A stretch of DNA of 55,872 bases, counting the filler, from Dugesia japonica (taxonomy: Eukaryota), in assembly GCA_001938525.1 (NCBI GenBank). It is 5 parts of 5 records of this genome, joined end to end, with 100 filler letters (N's around TTAATTAATTAA, not from the genome) between each part and the next. Parts side by side here need not be neighbours in the genome. Positions count along the whole stretch, not along the records: positions 31,191 to 39,972 come from MQRL01631683.1; positions 40,073 to 55,872 come from MQRL01573997.1; 3 more parts are not named here. One strand, given 5' to 3'. The position numbers were made by a program, and so were the translations under genes. Below are positions 37,390 to 51,304 of this stretch, piece by piece (positions within the stretch are counted from its first letter, which is position 1; every line of letters begins with the position of its first letter). The notes below the pieces were generated by a model. The model ran no database searches, was not told the origin of the DNA, and worked only from the letters and a program-made list of their open reading frames with translations.

Positions 37390-37795
37390 AAAAATAGAAA
37401 GAAAGTCATTGTCCACGAAGGAAATTGCTTCAATCAAAGCATACAAAGATTTTGCATTTACAAATCGGGAAATTGGTATGAAATGGGGCAAACCACACAA
37501 TATTATCAACGATTACTTCAAATTAAAGGAGAAATATGCGAAAAATTGAAAACCGCAAGTTAATAAGTATACTTGAGAACTGAACACCAAATTTTCCGTA
37601 ATGCTGTCAATAATCAAATGAGTACATAAAAAATAAATGCCCGAATGAAGTTACCAATTACCACAAGATGCACACAACAAATATTTGCATCTAAATCCAC
37701 TAACAGTTTGTTGTGAAAGAGTTTGGAAACCAAAATTGACTGTCATACATTATGAGGCTCGTTTGGCTTGTGCACAAAGACATATGGCTTATAAA
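37390..37795 (+). pseudogene. Tc1/Tc3-like transposase N-terminal fragment
   Basis: RKSLSTKEIASIKAYKD...NREI, then KPKLT..H..ARLA.A..HM. Confidence 0.7.
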
Positions 37796-38067
37796 AATTC
37801 ATTTTGTTACAAGTAAATTTATTTTACGAATATTCTTTAAGAGAATAATTGGAAAAGATTTTCAATGTGAATAAAGTTAGTTAAAAATTTGAGCAGACAA
37901 TATTTTACAAGCCACATACATTCACATTTTAAATAATTTTCAATTTTATAAAGAAATATCATACATCATACAACTAATTACCAATAATTTACCTTTCAAA
38001 TTTTAATAGAATATAAACAATTATGTAACAATGTTCTAATATTGATCAAATCTATCAAAAAGTCAGC

Positions 38068-38105
38068 ATATTCCTGAAGAAGACAATTATCGAAAATTTG
38101 AATAT
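38068..38105 (+). ncRNA. Minimal type I hammerhead ribozyme motif
   Basis: ATATTC-CTGAAGA-AGACAATTATC-GAAA-AT-TT-GAATAT, with intact core and perfect helix I. Confidence 0.65.
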
Positions 38106-38469
38106 CTATAAAACAACAATTTAATTTCGTCGAAGTCATTACTTTATTTTAATGAAATTGTCGTAAAAATAGATATGGTTTGACTTTAAAAAAAAACCTT
38201 AAGTTTTCATTTTTAGAATGGTTATACATTATTCTTATTTGTATTTATGTATATATTTGTAAGAATTGATTATTCAAAATAATTAAGTTATTACAGGCAT
38301 GGTCAACACGCGGCCCACCGTAATTTTTTTCTGAAACTATTAATGAATGAAAATTGAGGGTTCTTTGATAAAATGTGAAAATTTCAATATATGATTTAAA
38401 TGTAAGAAATTTTATTAAAATCATTAGTTTTTTAGTATGGTGTTACATATTGGTTAAATTCGTGACTGG

Positions 38470-39512
38470 CAAAGAAAATATCCGGCACTGTATTCAATAC
38501 GAATATGATTGTGGTTCTAATGCAACACAAGCTGCCAAAAAATTGTACAATTTATGAAAATTTCCTCAGCAATAAACAGGCTAGAACTTGGTTTAAACGG
38601 TTCCAGATTGCTAACACCTCTTTTGAAGATCGTCTAAGACCTATTCGTAAAATTTCTTTGGACAACAATGCATTACGAAACTTGGTTTAAGAAGATATGA
38701 AGTTGACCATCGAAGAAATAGCAATCACTTTTAGAGTTAGTTGGCCAACTGTACAAAACATCTCGATCTGATTGGTAAAGTCCAAAGAACTGGTGTTTAT
38801 CTACCTTATGANTTGACACCGAATCAGAAAGAAACGCGTCTCTCGATTTTCAATTCATTACTCATTTACCATGAATTTAAGACTTTTTGGAAACGAATAG
38901 TGATAAATGGGTGTTGTATGAAAACCCTAAAAGAAAAAGGTAACGATTATCTCTAGGTCAAGTATCAGTACCTACCATCAAATCAGGGTTGTGCCAGAAG
39001 AAGGCTCTATTTTCCATATGATGGGAATACAGGGCAATAATTCATTTAGAAATGTTAAAGATGGATGAGACCATTAATGCAGGCATTTACTGCGAACAAT
39101 TAAATCGTTCTCAAAATTTATTGGCAAGCATTAGTTAACTAAGAAAGGATGATATTTTACCAAGACAACGCAAAACTCTATGCAGCAAAGACTATGGAAA
39201 ATTGACACAACTTGAAATGCGAGCTCATATTCCCACTATTGTGTACCATCTGATTATTATTTGTTTCGATCACTGTTCACTTTTTTTCAGGAAAATCATT
39301 CTCGAACATAAATGCCGTGAAATCGGAACTTGAGCAGTTTTTTGCTGAAAAACCTTGATTATTCTGAAAATATTCGAAGTTTGGTAGAAAGATACCAAAT
39401 GGTTGTGCAATCTGGTGTAAATTATATAATTGATTAACCTTTGTTATTTATAATAAAAATACGTTTTCATGTTTTATATTTTTCGGAAATTTTCAAATAA
39501 TACCCACAATAT
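38470..39512 (+). mobile_element. mariner transposon remnant
   Basis: IRHC..YEY..GSNA.QA, WFKRF, KWVLYEN, QDNA, PSDYYLFRSL, ending YIID* at 39437, with a TIR-like end near 39484-39512. Many lesions. Confidence 0.9.
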
Positions 39513-40099
39513 ATAAATATTTAAAAGTAAAACAAATGTTAATGAAATAAACAGTTTAACAAAAAGTGAAATGAAATTCATTTCTGTTATCTCAGGTGAA
39601 ATCAAATCACAATATTTTAACCATTAATATATTCATACAATTAATTTCATAAAAATAGATTTGTACTTTTGGAATCAATTTTAAGGAAATTTGTTTTCGT
39701 TTAATAATTTTCTTTTTATTAAAAATAGAAACACATTATTAAATAAGATCTACTAGTGAATAATATTTTTAAAAATCAATTTGCTTATATATTCTGCAAT
39801 TTATGATTAGAATATATTTTTTGGTAATTCTTTGATTTTGTAAAGAGCTTTTAGTAGCTTTAACAGAAGCAGTTGAAAATAAACAAAAATACATAAACAA
39901 ATGCATTATAGGATTTATTAAGAAGTAATTTCTTTATAACCGGATACTCAAAAATGAAAAATAAATTACTTTNNNNNNNNNNNNNNNNNNNNNNNNNNNN
40001 NNNNNNNNNNNNNNNNTTAATTAATTAANNNNNNNNNNNNNNNNNNNNNNNNNNNNNNNNNNNNNNNNNNNNAAATAAAAGTAACATTTCTGTAAAACC

Positions 40100-41552
40100 T
40101 TTAAGTAGAAAGTTGAGCAGGCAGTTTGTTTTTAAGTTAACTACTGATGGCAAAGTAAAAGACGGCGACAAAATTTTCTGCGTTCACTGCAATAAGCAGT
40201 TTGCTTTCCGTGGTTCAAATACCTTGCTAGCGTATCACCTTCAACAAAAATATCCAGTGCAGCATCATAAAGTTGAGGCAATTGACCAGAAAAAAAGTTC
40301 TCAAAAGAAAACAATAACCAGTTTCTTGTTGTTTAAGTCAAACAATACTATAAACGAAAAAGTTTCTACCAACTTGTAATTTAGTATTGCCCAGTTGATT
40401 GCTAGCTCAGGACGTTCACTGGCTATTGTGGAAGATGATGGTCTACAAACTGTATTACGTATTGCTCTCCAAAATCAGACTTATACTTTACCCAGTCGCC
40501 GTTCAATTGATAATCTCATCTATGAGATGTACAACGCGAAGCTGAATGAGCTTAAAATGGTTATTGCAAATGTCCTTTGTAACCCACTCACTACAAATCT
40601 TTGGACATCAAAAAACAATGAATTGTATTGTGGTTTAACAAGACACGGGATCTCTTCCGATTGTTAACTTATTTCAGTAACATTAGGTTACCTAGTTGTT
40701 GAAGAACGGCATAGGAAAGAATCGTAGACATTGATTCTTTGCCAAAGTTGTAAATGGCTATGGTCTTAGATCCGCGTTATAAGAAACATAACTGTCTGAG
40801 AAGAGAGAAACGAGAAGCAGTGTGGATATTATTGTCATATGAATTCAAAGCCTTTTACGATAAAAGCTACTGAGCTGAATGTCCAATAATCGTAGAAAAA
40901 AATCAGCGTTGATGAGACAATACAACGAGTGGCAAAGAAACGAAAATTGACTTTGATGTTGTGAGATTCTGGATCGTAGTCATCAGCTGATGAATTGGAT
41001 GGAGTAATCAGTGGCAGAGGTGGAACTGATGCGGTATCAAGAAGAACCTCCAATACCAGAAACAGAAGATTCTCTCAACTGGTGTGTGTTAATTCAATAT
41101 GGGTTTCCTATTTTCAGTAGTTTTGTGCAGATAATTATTTGTGTACCGGCTAAATCTGTTCCCTGCGGAAAAATTTTTAGTTCATCTGGTACATAAAATG
41201 TGATCTTATCCACTTCCAAAAGATGTCAACGCTCTGGTTTGTCTACATGACTGGCTAAATTGATTACTAATAATTCCATAGTAATAAATGAATTTATGTT
41301 CTTCAAACGAATGTAAATTTTAAAAAAGTCACTATAAATTTTAGTTTTTTAGTTTTTGAATTAAAAAGTGTGAAAAATAATCTGTCATTTAAGGCACTGC
41401 TACAATTTAATTTTACAAATTTATCGTGCTATCGCATATGATGACTTTTATGAGTGCATTATGTTTGTATAATTAATCAAAATTATTCGATTAATCGATT
41501 AAAATTGTTTTTGATTAATCGAACAAGAAAGTTTCATTCAGTACCAGCCCTA
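40100..41552 (+). mobile_element. hAT transposon remnant with BED zinc finger, internally deleted
   Basis: CVHC...LAYHL, IVEDDG, LTT(N)LWTS and a dimerisation motif VPAKSVPC..IFSSSG; subterminal CGATTAATCG repeats; terminal CAGCCCTA ending at 41552. Confidence 0.88.
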
Positions 41553-41927
41553 ATTTATTTTATTTTTGATATTATTGATATTGCCAATTTTCGTTATTCG
41601 GAAAGAAATCTTGGAACAATTTTTTCCCTGCTTCAAGAGACTCTGAATTCATTAACATAACTACTTATAGATTTGATTGAGAGAAGCGTGAAATTCTAAG
41701 GACTGCTCGGGTGGAATATTCCCTCAGTACGCCACTGATCTGCTGTCTCATTCAAAGCAGCAAATTAATTTCTGAATAATTGACAATAAGATTTGTATTA
41801 CGTTTTATTGTTATATACCCAAAAATATATGTTTGAAAGGTATTATTGAGGTTATTTATATTTATCACTTTGCTTAAATATTTCATTGAAATAATTGCTT
41901 GCATTAAACCGAATTGTTGTTTTATAG

Positions 41928-41965
41928 ATATTCGAATTTTCGACTATTGTCTTCTTCAAGAATAT
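41928..41965 (-). ncRNA. Minimal hammerhead motif (one core change)
   Basis: ATATTC-TTGAAGA-AGACAATAGTC-GAAA-AT-TC-GAATAT. Confidence 0.6.
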
Positions 41966-42932
41966 TTATCATTAACAAATATAAATATATCATTATATAA
42001 TATTGTATCAACACAGCAAACAACAAAGTATCATTTTAGACATCCATAAAATATAACAATCTTAATTTCAATAGATACTAAATGATAGGTATCTTAATAT
42101 TGATAATCGAACCATAAAATAGTTTTGTTTAGTCGAGTAATAAACAAAGTACCAAATTTTATTAAATTATATGACGATATACCTCAAATTAGATGACTTT
42201 TTAAAGGCTGGTTTTTTCAAGCAATTTCGTGAAAACTTATTGGAACACAGCTGTAACTATTAACATTCTTTGGTACCCCATATCGACCGGCATTGATAAC
42301 ATTATCTGACGATATCTACTGATATGTATACTTTCATGGAGGGAAATTATAGATGGACCGATCTTTGTTAAAATGTAATGTCATATCAAATGAAAATACT
42401 GATATTAATAATGCTTATGATAGAGCTTTAAGTCAAAAGTTATCCAACAAATGTCTTTAGAGAAAATTATTCAGATTTAGATTCGATACTGGAAGACTGT
42501 AAAACAATGGATCAAGAATCATTACGAGAATAATTGTTGGACGTAACCATTGATCAGTTTTCAGAATTCATTAAAATTAAAGCTTCAATCAAATATTTTT
42601 TTGTTTTTGATAATATTTGATNNNNNNNNNNNNNNNNNNNNNNNNNNNNNNNNNNNNNNNNNNNNNNNNNNNNNNNNNNNNNNNNNNNNNNNNNNNNNNN
42701 NNNNNNNNNNNNNNNNNNNNNTTGTTGTATTCTATATTCATGTTTCATCATTAATTTGGAAACTAATCAAAACTCTTAATGAAAGATAAATATATATCAG
42801 AAAAACAAATCATGAAGATTTCTTAACTCTATCAAAATAATGAAAAATAATTGTAATGTTGACTCAAGATATAAGATTCACAAATGTAAAATGAAAAAAA
42901 TAAAACAAAATCAGTACTATGCATATCGTTTG

Positions 42933-45900
42933 TCATAGTTCTTCGTGAAAATAATTAGGAAAATAGGTAACAAAGATATTTAATAATTCCCCTGCGCTAG
43001 CACGATTGGAACTATCAGAATTCACCATTTCATCGATAAGCAATTTCAACTTGTCTGAATTATGTAAATCATCTGGAAACTCATAAAGAATCTTCCTGGT
43101 ATTCATAATTATTTCAATAAATTCATATTGTTTCAATGAACTATATGGTTTCGTACCTAAAATAGAGATAGTTCTAAGTTAATAAATACGAAAGGTTTCA
43201 AATATCAACATAATTTACGTTGTAGTTTAATATTAATGATTAAACTTGTTCATAAAATGAAAAATCAAACCTGAAAAAATCAAATCTCAATGATGTTAGC
43301 TCCAAGAGACCAAATATCGAAAGAACATGAATATATCTCATCATTCATAATTTCAGGAGCCATGTAATGAAGTGTTCCACAAAATCTTGCATTTGATGAA
43401 GTTTCCTCTTCTACTTTCGATAATGGAAAACTAAATCCAAAGTCTATCAACTTTATGTTTCCCAAGGCATCAATCAAAATATTATCAGCTAATTATCGAT
43501 CACTTCATTAAAACAAAGTATTTCATAATAAAATTTATTACGTTTAATATCCCGATGAATAATCGGTTGGCCATGCAAAAAGTCAAGAGCTTCAAGAAGT
43601 TGTTTGATAATTTTCATTAATGAAAGTTCAGCTTTTTCCATTTGGTTTCGAAGAGATCCCTTAGAAAATTATTAATAAATATAAATTATATTTTATCGAA
43701 GAAAACATTATCATATAAGTTTTTCGTTTTAGTACTATGAGGAAATAATTATTATTTAATAATTTTGAGCCAATAGATAATTGAGTAAATTCTGGATAAA
43801 GATTTTAAAGCTACTATTCAATTATCATTTCTCTTATTACATTTAGAGTTGAAATAAGAAAATAAATAATGTCTAAAAATATTAGTTCTGATTTGAATAA
43901 CCAATTACCAATTAAAGATTTACCTAACATGGTGGTAACGGTAAATACCAATTCTATTACAGAAAAGTTATCACCAAAAGTGTTCTGCAGAGGGGATGAT
44001 ATCGAGAAATTCAAGAGCGATAGGAATTGTATTTTGAAGCTAAAAACATCACCCATGTGAAACAACAGGAGAGAATAGTTTCTTGTTTGTTAGATGAAAA
44101 TTTGTTTGAAGAATATGTAAAGACGTTTAAAAAAGTTGAAAGTTTTCAGTCTCGCTTACATTGGCATTTGAGAAAGAGAAAGATATCATCAAAGATTTTC
44201 AAAATTTGATTAACTACAGGCGTGGAAATGTAGAGATTCAAGTTTATTTTAGAAATGTAAAAGATTTAGTAAAAAGGTTATTTACAAATAAAGATTTTAC
44301 TGAGGAAAAAATGGTAGCAAAGTTACTAGTATATTGTTAAGATATCAAAAAAAATGAAGAAGTAACTTTGCGAAAACGAGAGAATATAGAAGAAATTGAA
44401 AAAACATTAACGTTAGTAGATCCAGTAGAGAAAAACGGAGATCAAGTCAATGCAGTTAGAAGTTACTCGAGAGTTACAAGTAAAAATTATCAGAAATCTG
44501 TAAATCATAGCGTGAATAGACATGTAGATCAAAGAAAGAAAAAACAAAATATCGAATGTTGGTTATGTCATAAGATTAGTCATACTAAAGCAAATTGTCC
44601 AACGAAAAGTGATAGAGTGTTAGACTTGCCATAAAACAGGACATATAAGTTGAGATTGTCCAAAAAAAACAACAAAATGTTTTGATTGCGGAAAGGTTGG
44701 ACATATTAGAAGGTTATGTCAAAAAGTGAGGCATAAACGATGTGGTAATGGTAGACATAGAACAGAAGAGTGCTACACAAATTTAAAAATGAAAAGAACA
44801 ACTGAGAAATTTATGACTGTAGAAAGATCAAGAAACCGATATAATCGAGTACACGCGATTGAAAATGAATATGTTAATACAAAAAATGAATATGAGAAAG
44901 TGTATGAAAGTGATTCCGAAAGGGAGTACCCAAATGGCAGGGCTCCGCCAGTAGAGGAGTTGGTTGGATCCATCCATTGTTAAATGAAGTAAGTAATTAT
45001 CCTAAGGTTCGAATAGCGAGATGATATAGGAAAGGTTACAGAAAAAGTATACAGGTTCTTAAAAAGGGAAAATTTTGCAGATGATAGAAATGTAGAATGG
45101 GTTGGAACAATAGAAGCAGAAAAGAACACAAATTTTTCGTATCATAAATTGCAAGGCAGACCAAGTGTTACGGTATCTATTCAAGGAAATAAAGAAGAAT
45201 TTCTATAAGATACAGGGGCTCGAATTAACGTGATGAGTTTGAGTTGTTTTAATAAATTACGAGAAGGAAATTTAGAAATTTGTGATGAAAGATTACGTTG
45301 TATAAATAATAGTACACTTGAAATTGTTTGGAAAGTTTAAATTGTTGTGATAATTGATGAAGTTTGCAAAGAGATTACTTTCTTAGTTGCTGAAAGAGTG
45401 ACACCAGATCTGACAGGAGGAATAGATATGCAGAAAAGTTTTGGATATCAGCTTATGCAAAAGGATAACAGCAAAACGAATGAAAAGTAGAAAATTACAT
45501 TTGTAATATTGAAGCTCAATTTGGGAAACAAATTGAAAATGTAGAGCGATTGACAAGAGCTTTAAATATCTTGAAGATTAAAGATGATCAACGGTTATTG
45601 AAAATAATTGAAAGTAAAGAAGATGCTTTTTTGGCCGATAATTGGGATGTAGGACGCACACATTTAAGAAGACACAAAATAATAGTGGTATGAGTCAGAC
45701 GTGTCAAATAGAAATAAAGAAAACATTTTAGACGTGATTACTAAAAGAGAATTCAAAGTGGGTGATATGGTACTCATCAAGGTAGAAACAAGAAATAAAA
45801 ATCAAAACAGATTTGAAGGACCCTATCAAATAATTGAGAAAATTTACGAAAAATGGTATGCAGTATAAGGAGAAAATGGACAGCGATTAGAAAGAAATGT

Positions 45901-47129
45901 GGAAAAACTTAGAAAGTTTCTTACGAAGGGGGATACACCTCTGGGTTTAGAATATATTAATTGAAAATTTTTGAATACTTTTTTTATCATTTTCTGAATT
46001 ATTTTTATTAAATAGTTCAAATTATTTAAAATTTTTATCTTTAATAAATTTTCAACAAAATAATTATAAATCTGTATCATTATTTTCAAAATGTATAGAT
46101 GTCTTATTCTCCTTTATTAAATTATATTCTTTCATAAATTTTTTTGTGTTCTTTTTTAAAATAACTTTCATTGAAAGATTTAAAATTTTCATAAATATTT
46201 TTAAAATTATCATGAGTGAAATGGATCATATTTTAATACTTTTTTGATCATTTTCTGAATAACTTTCATTAATTTTTTTAATTTCTAAAATACTTTATTA
46301 AATTTCACAATAAATAAGGAAGCAAACATTTACCGTTTGGTTCTTAATAAATTAATTGAAATTTTTGAACCCATAATAAAAAATCACAATTTTTTTAATA
46401 ATATTGAGTATCAAGTAAAAACAAAGAAAGAAAGAAACATCGTTAATACTTGGAGATTAATGATGATTTATCAAATTGAAATGGTTAATTAAAAATCAAT
46501 CTTGCACATTGTTTTCAAATATATACGCTATATTTCCGGAATTTCAATAAAGATCATAAATTTGGATTACATTTTCTGAAAAGTGTTCAATTTCGGCAAA
46601 TTTCGGCTTTTTCCAAAAGAAATCCAACCGCTATTGATGAGTTTTAAAAAATACGAATACCAATGATGTCTTTAAGAAACTACTAAGAGAAATTTTAAAC
46701 TTTCTTACTACAAGGATAGAATAGTAAAATAAATGTTAAATAAAGATGTGAAAAGTAAATCGTTATCACGTTAGTTAATGAGAACTTATTTCGATAGTTG
46801 CGGGAAAGAAAATGATTGTAAGTTGTATTTCAATCTAAAGTGTTTAAATTAATCACAAAAATAACTAACTGTTTCTATGAACTCCATGAAAACCAATTTG
46901 TTCTGCTTTATTTCAAACCCACTATAATATTGTATAATTCGCACATTTCGTATAATTTCAATAAAACCGTTTATATTTCCTTCAATAAATTTTGATGAAA
47001 TACTTTTCTTATCAAATTTCTTATATGCAAATTTATTATTTGGACAGATTATTGATTCTTTGAAGTAATAGATTTTTCCAAAGTCTCCCTCAAAAATCAG
47101 TTTGCCTTTGATTGTTTTTGAGAATATGG
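42933..47129 (-). pseudogene. Spliced Ser/Thr protein kinase gene, probably disrupted
   Basis: Exons ~47129-46870 (EGDFG, AYKK, MEFIET), 43659-43542 (GSL..HRDIK), 43488-43271 (PDNIL, DFG, GTLHYMAPE, DIWSLG) and 43156-42933 (GTKPY..R.SAGELL). All junctions are GT-AG and phase-consistent once the 5-bp duplication at 43277-43286 is removed. The 5' end is not defined. Confidence 0.85.
43800..45935 (+). mobile_element. Internally deleted Ty3/Gypsy element inside the kinase intron
   Basis: gag with CCHC knuckles and protease DTGARINVMS, then a jump at ~45687 to the integrase GPY tail, ending in the purine tract GAAGGGGGA. Confidence 0.88.
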
Positions 47130-47784
47130 CTGAATATAAATATACAGACAAAATAATGTTATCTACAGAATAATTTATGGTTTTAAGAATAATACATAAC
47201 TGTTCTACATATTTCTTAGTCTGACAAATAGGAATTAGGTAGAAATAAGCGCATGACCTCACCCCACCCCCCAAGGAAATAAATAACATGTAAGGACATA
47301 TATTTGTATATGTTTTCGCTATGAAAATAAATTTTTTGTTTAAATGAGTAAAAGCTTTTTCAAATCGGATCGATAAATTTTTAAAAACCAGGGCGGAAAG
47401 TTTCTGATCAGATCAAACTTAATATCTATGCACGCGACATGTGCACTTGCACATTTTGGTGTTATTTTTATTTAGGTCTGCCAAATGTGCTAATTGAAAT
47501 TCATAAAAATCACTTTGAGCTCTCAACAGCACTCTACTGTTATCGATTTTCATTTTTTTAAAATTAAAAACGTTGCTAACAAAGTGAGACCAAAATTCTA
47601 ACTATATACTGTTTAATGAATCTTTGGAGTAAAGATCGTTCTCGATATAAAGAGTAGGAGCTCATAACTTACCTGATGAGTTATCGCAATTTGACAAAAA
47701 AGTGTTTCACTTCCTCTATTTAGTGTCCGATTTCAATAAACTTGGTATGAATGAATACAAAACTGTCTATTTGATAGAGAATAT

Positions 47785-50700
47785 TTCGTTGATTTCAAAT
47801 ATGTTAACATAAAACTACCAAAGTTAATACTTGATGAAATAAATGAAGTTTGGTGGTGAAAAAAGAAGTTTAGTGGTCAGACCTCTGTGCGCAGATAACA
47901 GCTATCGACTCAAATTTGGTATTATTTTACTCGCGAGGAAAAATTGAGTGTATAAAGTTAAAATATCGTTGGTATAGATGTTGGTAACGAGTATTGTGTA
48001 TGTTTCGATATTCTCCCGTATAATTTTAACAATTGAAACCAATTTTTACCAAGTAATTATACGAAAAAATTAGTGTCATGAAATTTGTCAGTATTAGAAT
48101 GAATAATTTGCATTTATTCATTTCCTTGAGTATTATTAAAATGTCGAGTGAGTGGCATTCATATCGCACTATTCTCACACTTGTACTTGACACATACTTT
48201 ATAAGTAATTCAACATATTATTCATTAATCTTGCATATTTCATGTAAATTTCATAAAATGTTTTAATACTTTTATACAATTTCATAAAATAATTTGTTAC
48301 TACTGTCCAACTTCATAAAGATTTTATCGACTACTGTGCAATTTCAAATTATTTTTTATCGATTACTGTGCAATTTCATAAAATCTTTATTGACTACTAT
48401 GAAATTTCAGATAATGTTTATCGACTATTATAAAATTTCAGATTAAATCTCNNNNNNNNNNNNNNNNNNNNNNNNNNNNNNNNNNNNNNNNNNNNNNNNN
48501 NNNNNNNNNNNNNNNNNNNNNNNNNNNNNNNNNNNNNNNNNNNNNNNNNNNNNNNTGAGAATGAAACGAAACCTAGTTTGAATAAGAAATAATTGAATAA
48601 GTATTCCTTGTTTGTCCCTGTGTTGGTCTAAGTGGTGAAAATATCAATATATCCTTATTGAATGTATTAAAAATATCTAGTTTAAGAGTCTTATATTCAA
48701 TGATAAAACCAATATTTCCGTGATAAAACCAAATTTTTTCTAAGTAATTAAGTGTTTTATGTTAACATTTAAATTGTTATTTTTCAATAATTAGAAAATT
48801 ATGAAGATTGATAAAGACAATTATGATGATGAAGAGAAAAGTTATGAAGATGATAAAATTTAAATGAAATATGCAAGATGAAGAATATGAACTTATAACC
48901 ATAATTATGAGGTTAGTTTATTTATTATTCTTTTAATTAATATAATTTCATAATTTAAATAATTATTATTATCATTATTATCATTATTAGAATTTTATTA
49001 TTTTATTTGATTATTATTGAATTCTTTGTATAATTAATAATAAATTATTACTATTATTTGATTATAATTGTTTATTAAATTATTACTCTTATTTAATCTA
49101 AAATCCTTGATTTTTAATCTTTTAATTATTACTAGTCAAATAATTATTTGTAGTACTATTTTTAAACTAAATAAAATTGAAATAAATCGACATATTTAAT
49201 TTTCAAATTTTTTAAATAGTTTACCATTTATAATCCTAAATTTTAACCTTGAATTTTTCAAAGGCTTCACGTTGAAAATTGTAGAAATACAAACTAGATT
49301 TTATTTTTAACGAAAATTTTACTTTTTTGAAATAAGANNNNNNNNNNNNNNNNNNNNNNNNNNNNNNNNNNNNNNNNNNNNNNNNNNNNNNNNNNNNNNN
49401 NNNNNNNNNNNNNNNNNNNNNNNNNNNNNNNNNNNNNNNNNNNAATTATAATTTCAATATTAGATTTATTATTATTGTTATTACACATTTATTATCATAG
49501 TTAACCATTTATTATTATTAACCATTTATAATTATTATTGATGCATTTTTTCCTTGTTAAATTTATTATGAATTTATTACTATTATTTGATTATTATTAT
49601 TGTCATTATATAATATTTTAATTAAATTAAATACATACAATGTATTTGATAATAGTGAGTTGAAATTCCATGTCATTTTGCGGATCTGTGTCTAGCCAAG
49701 TATTGACGATAATCACTAACTGTTTTTAAACCATTTTAGTGGTGTACATTCATGAACGGTTGGAATCACCGCTACTGGAGATGCACATGCCGCCATCAAG
49801 CTTAGCCTAGTTAAAACTACACAAACTTATAGATAAGTTCATATTTGAACCGGCTCAATTGGAAGCTAATGGTCTTGAGACTTAACAATTTGAGACTGGA
49901 TATGAACAGTCGGAATAATTGCTCGACTGTACTAACCGGATGATGTATTGTAATTATATGTAAGAAAACAAACTATTATTGAAATCCTATGTATGAGAAT
50001 AATTTATCATTTATTAATTAATTTATAATTTATTTATCAACTTATAACTATGAATGTTAAAATATCAATGGGAGCCACTAATTAATTGTTGAAAATTTAA
50101 ATTTGACCAATCAAATTCCTTCGTAAATAGATCATTATTAAGAAATTCCTTAACAAATAGGCCGTAATTGACTGAAAATTAATCTGATTTGATCTCATTG
50201 GGTAGATTTTTCAACTAAAATCATTAAAAACTGGCTGAATATACTAGAAATAAGCAATAATTGCTACTAATTAATTATAATCAACTTTGTCGATGAAATT
50301 TTCAATCTACATAAAAGTTTTTTCTAAAACATAAAATTTAATAACATTTTATTAGTTAAAGTAAACTAATTTTTAATATCCTCGGGAGCGACTTATATTT
50401 TTATCATATGAGATTAACTAATTTAAATAAAATAATTGACCAAATCACCATTACCAAGGTATTATTACCCCAAATCATTGAAACATTACCCTTGTGAATA
50501 AAGAATTGACCATAACCATCCAATCTCTGAGCACTGTCAACTAAAGTCTGACCACTGTCAACCAGAGACTTGTATTTTTATCATATGAGATTAACTAATT
50601 TAAATGAAATTGTACTNTAGGGATTGATTGATCAACTATCACAATCTAAAAGTCTAAAAATTTATCACCAACTAAATAGCTTGAAAATAATCATCTTCTA

Positions 50701-51304
50701 AGAAGGTTGAAATTATTACCAATTAGAAAGTTTAAAAATTATCATCACATAAAAAGTTTGAAAAATTTAACCAGATAACAAATAAACGAAACAGACTGAT
50801 TGATTAGATTTTTATTAAATAAATCTTTAGTTTGAAAATGACTTTATCTTATTATTTAGTTTCACACTGCGTTCTTTATTTGTGAGTCCCCGAAGAACAT
50901 TAAAAATGATAAAATACTGGTTTTTCAATATAAATTTTTATGTATAAGATTTGTTGATTTTTATACGTTTTATTTGTACTAACCGTAAAATTTCCTATCG
51001 AATAGTATTAATTTAAATAAAATTTTAGGTACTTTTGATATTTTCGAAAAATGCACAGAATTCTGGGAGGGCGGCTGTACATAATCGTTAGGAAACATTT
51101 TTCTCGAGACGATATTTTAACTTTGTACAGTCACTTTTTCCTCACGAGTAAAATAATACCAAATATGAGTCGATAGCTGTTATCTGCGCACAGAAGACTG
51201 ATCACTAAACTTTAAAATTTGAAGTTTTTTCACCACCAAACCTCATTTATTTCATCAAGTATTAATTTTGGCGATTTAAGGTTAACATATTTGAAATCAG
51301 CGAA
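47785..51304. repeat. ~190-bp inverted repeat pair (47785-47969 and 51108-51304)
   Basis: For example CTGTGCGCAGATAACAGCTATCGACTCA versus TGAGTCGATAGCTGTTATCTGCGCACAG. Confidence 0.9.
48275..48451. repeat. ~31-bp tandem repeat, 5 or more copies
   Basis: TTTATCGACTACTGTGCAATTTCA-like units at about 48322, 48355, 48386 and 48417. Confidence 0.8.
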
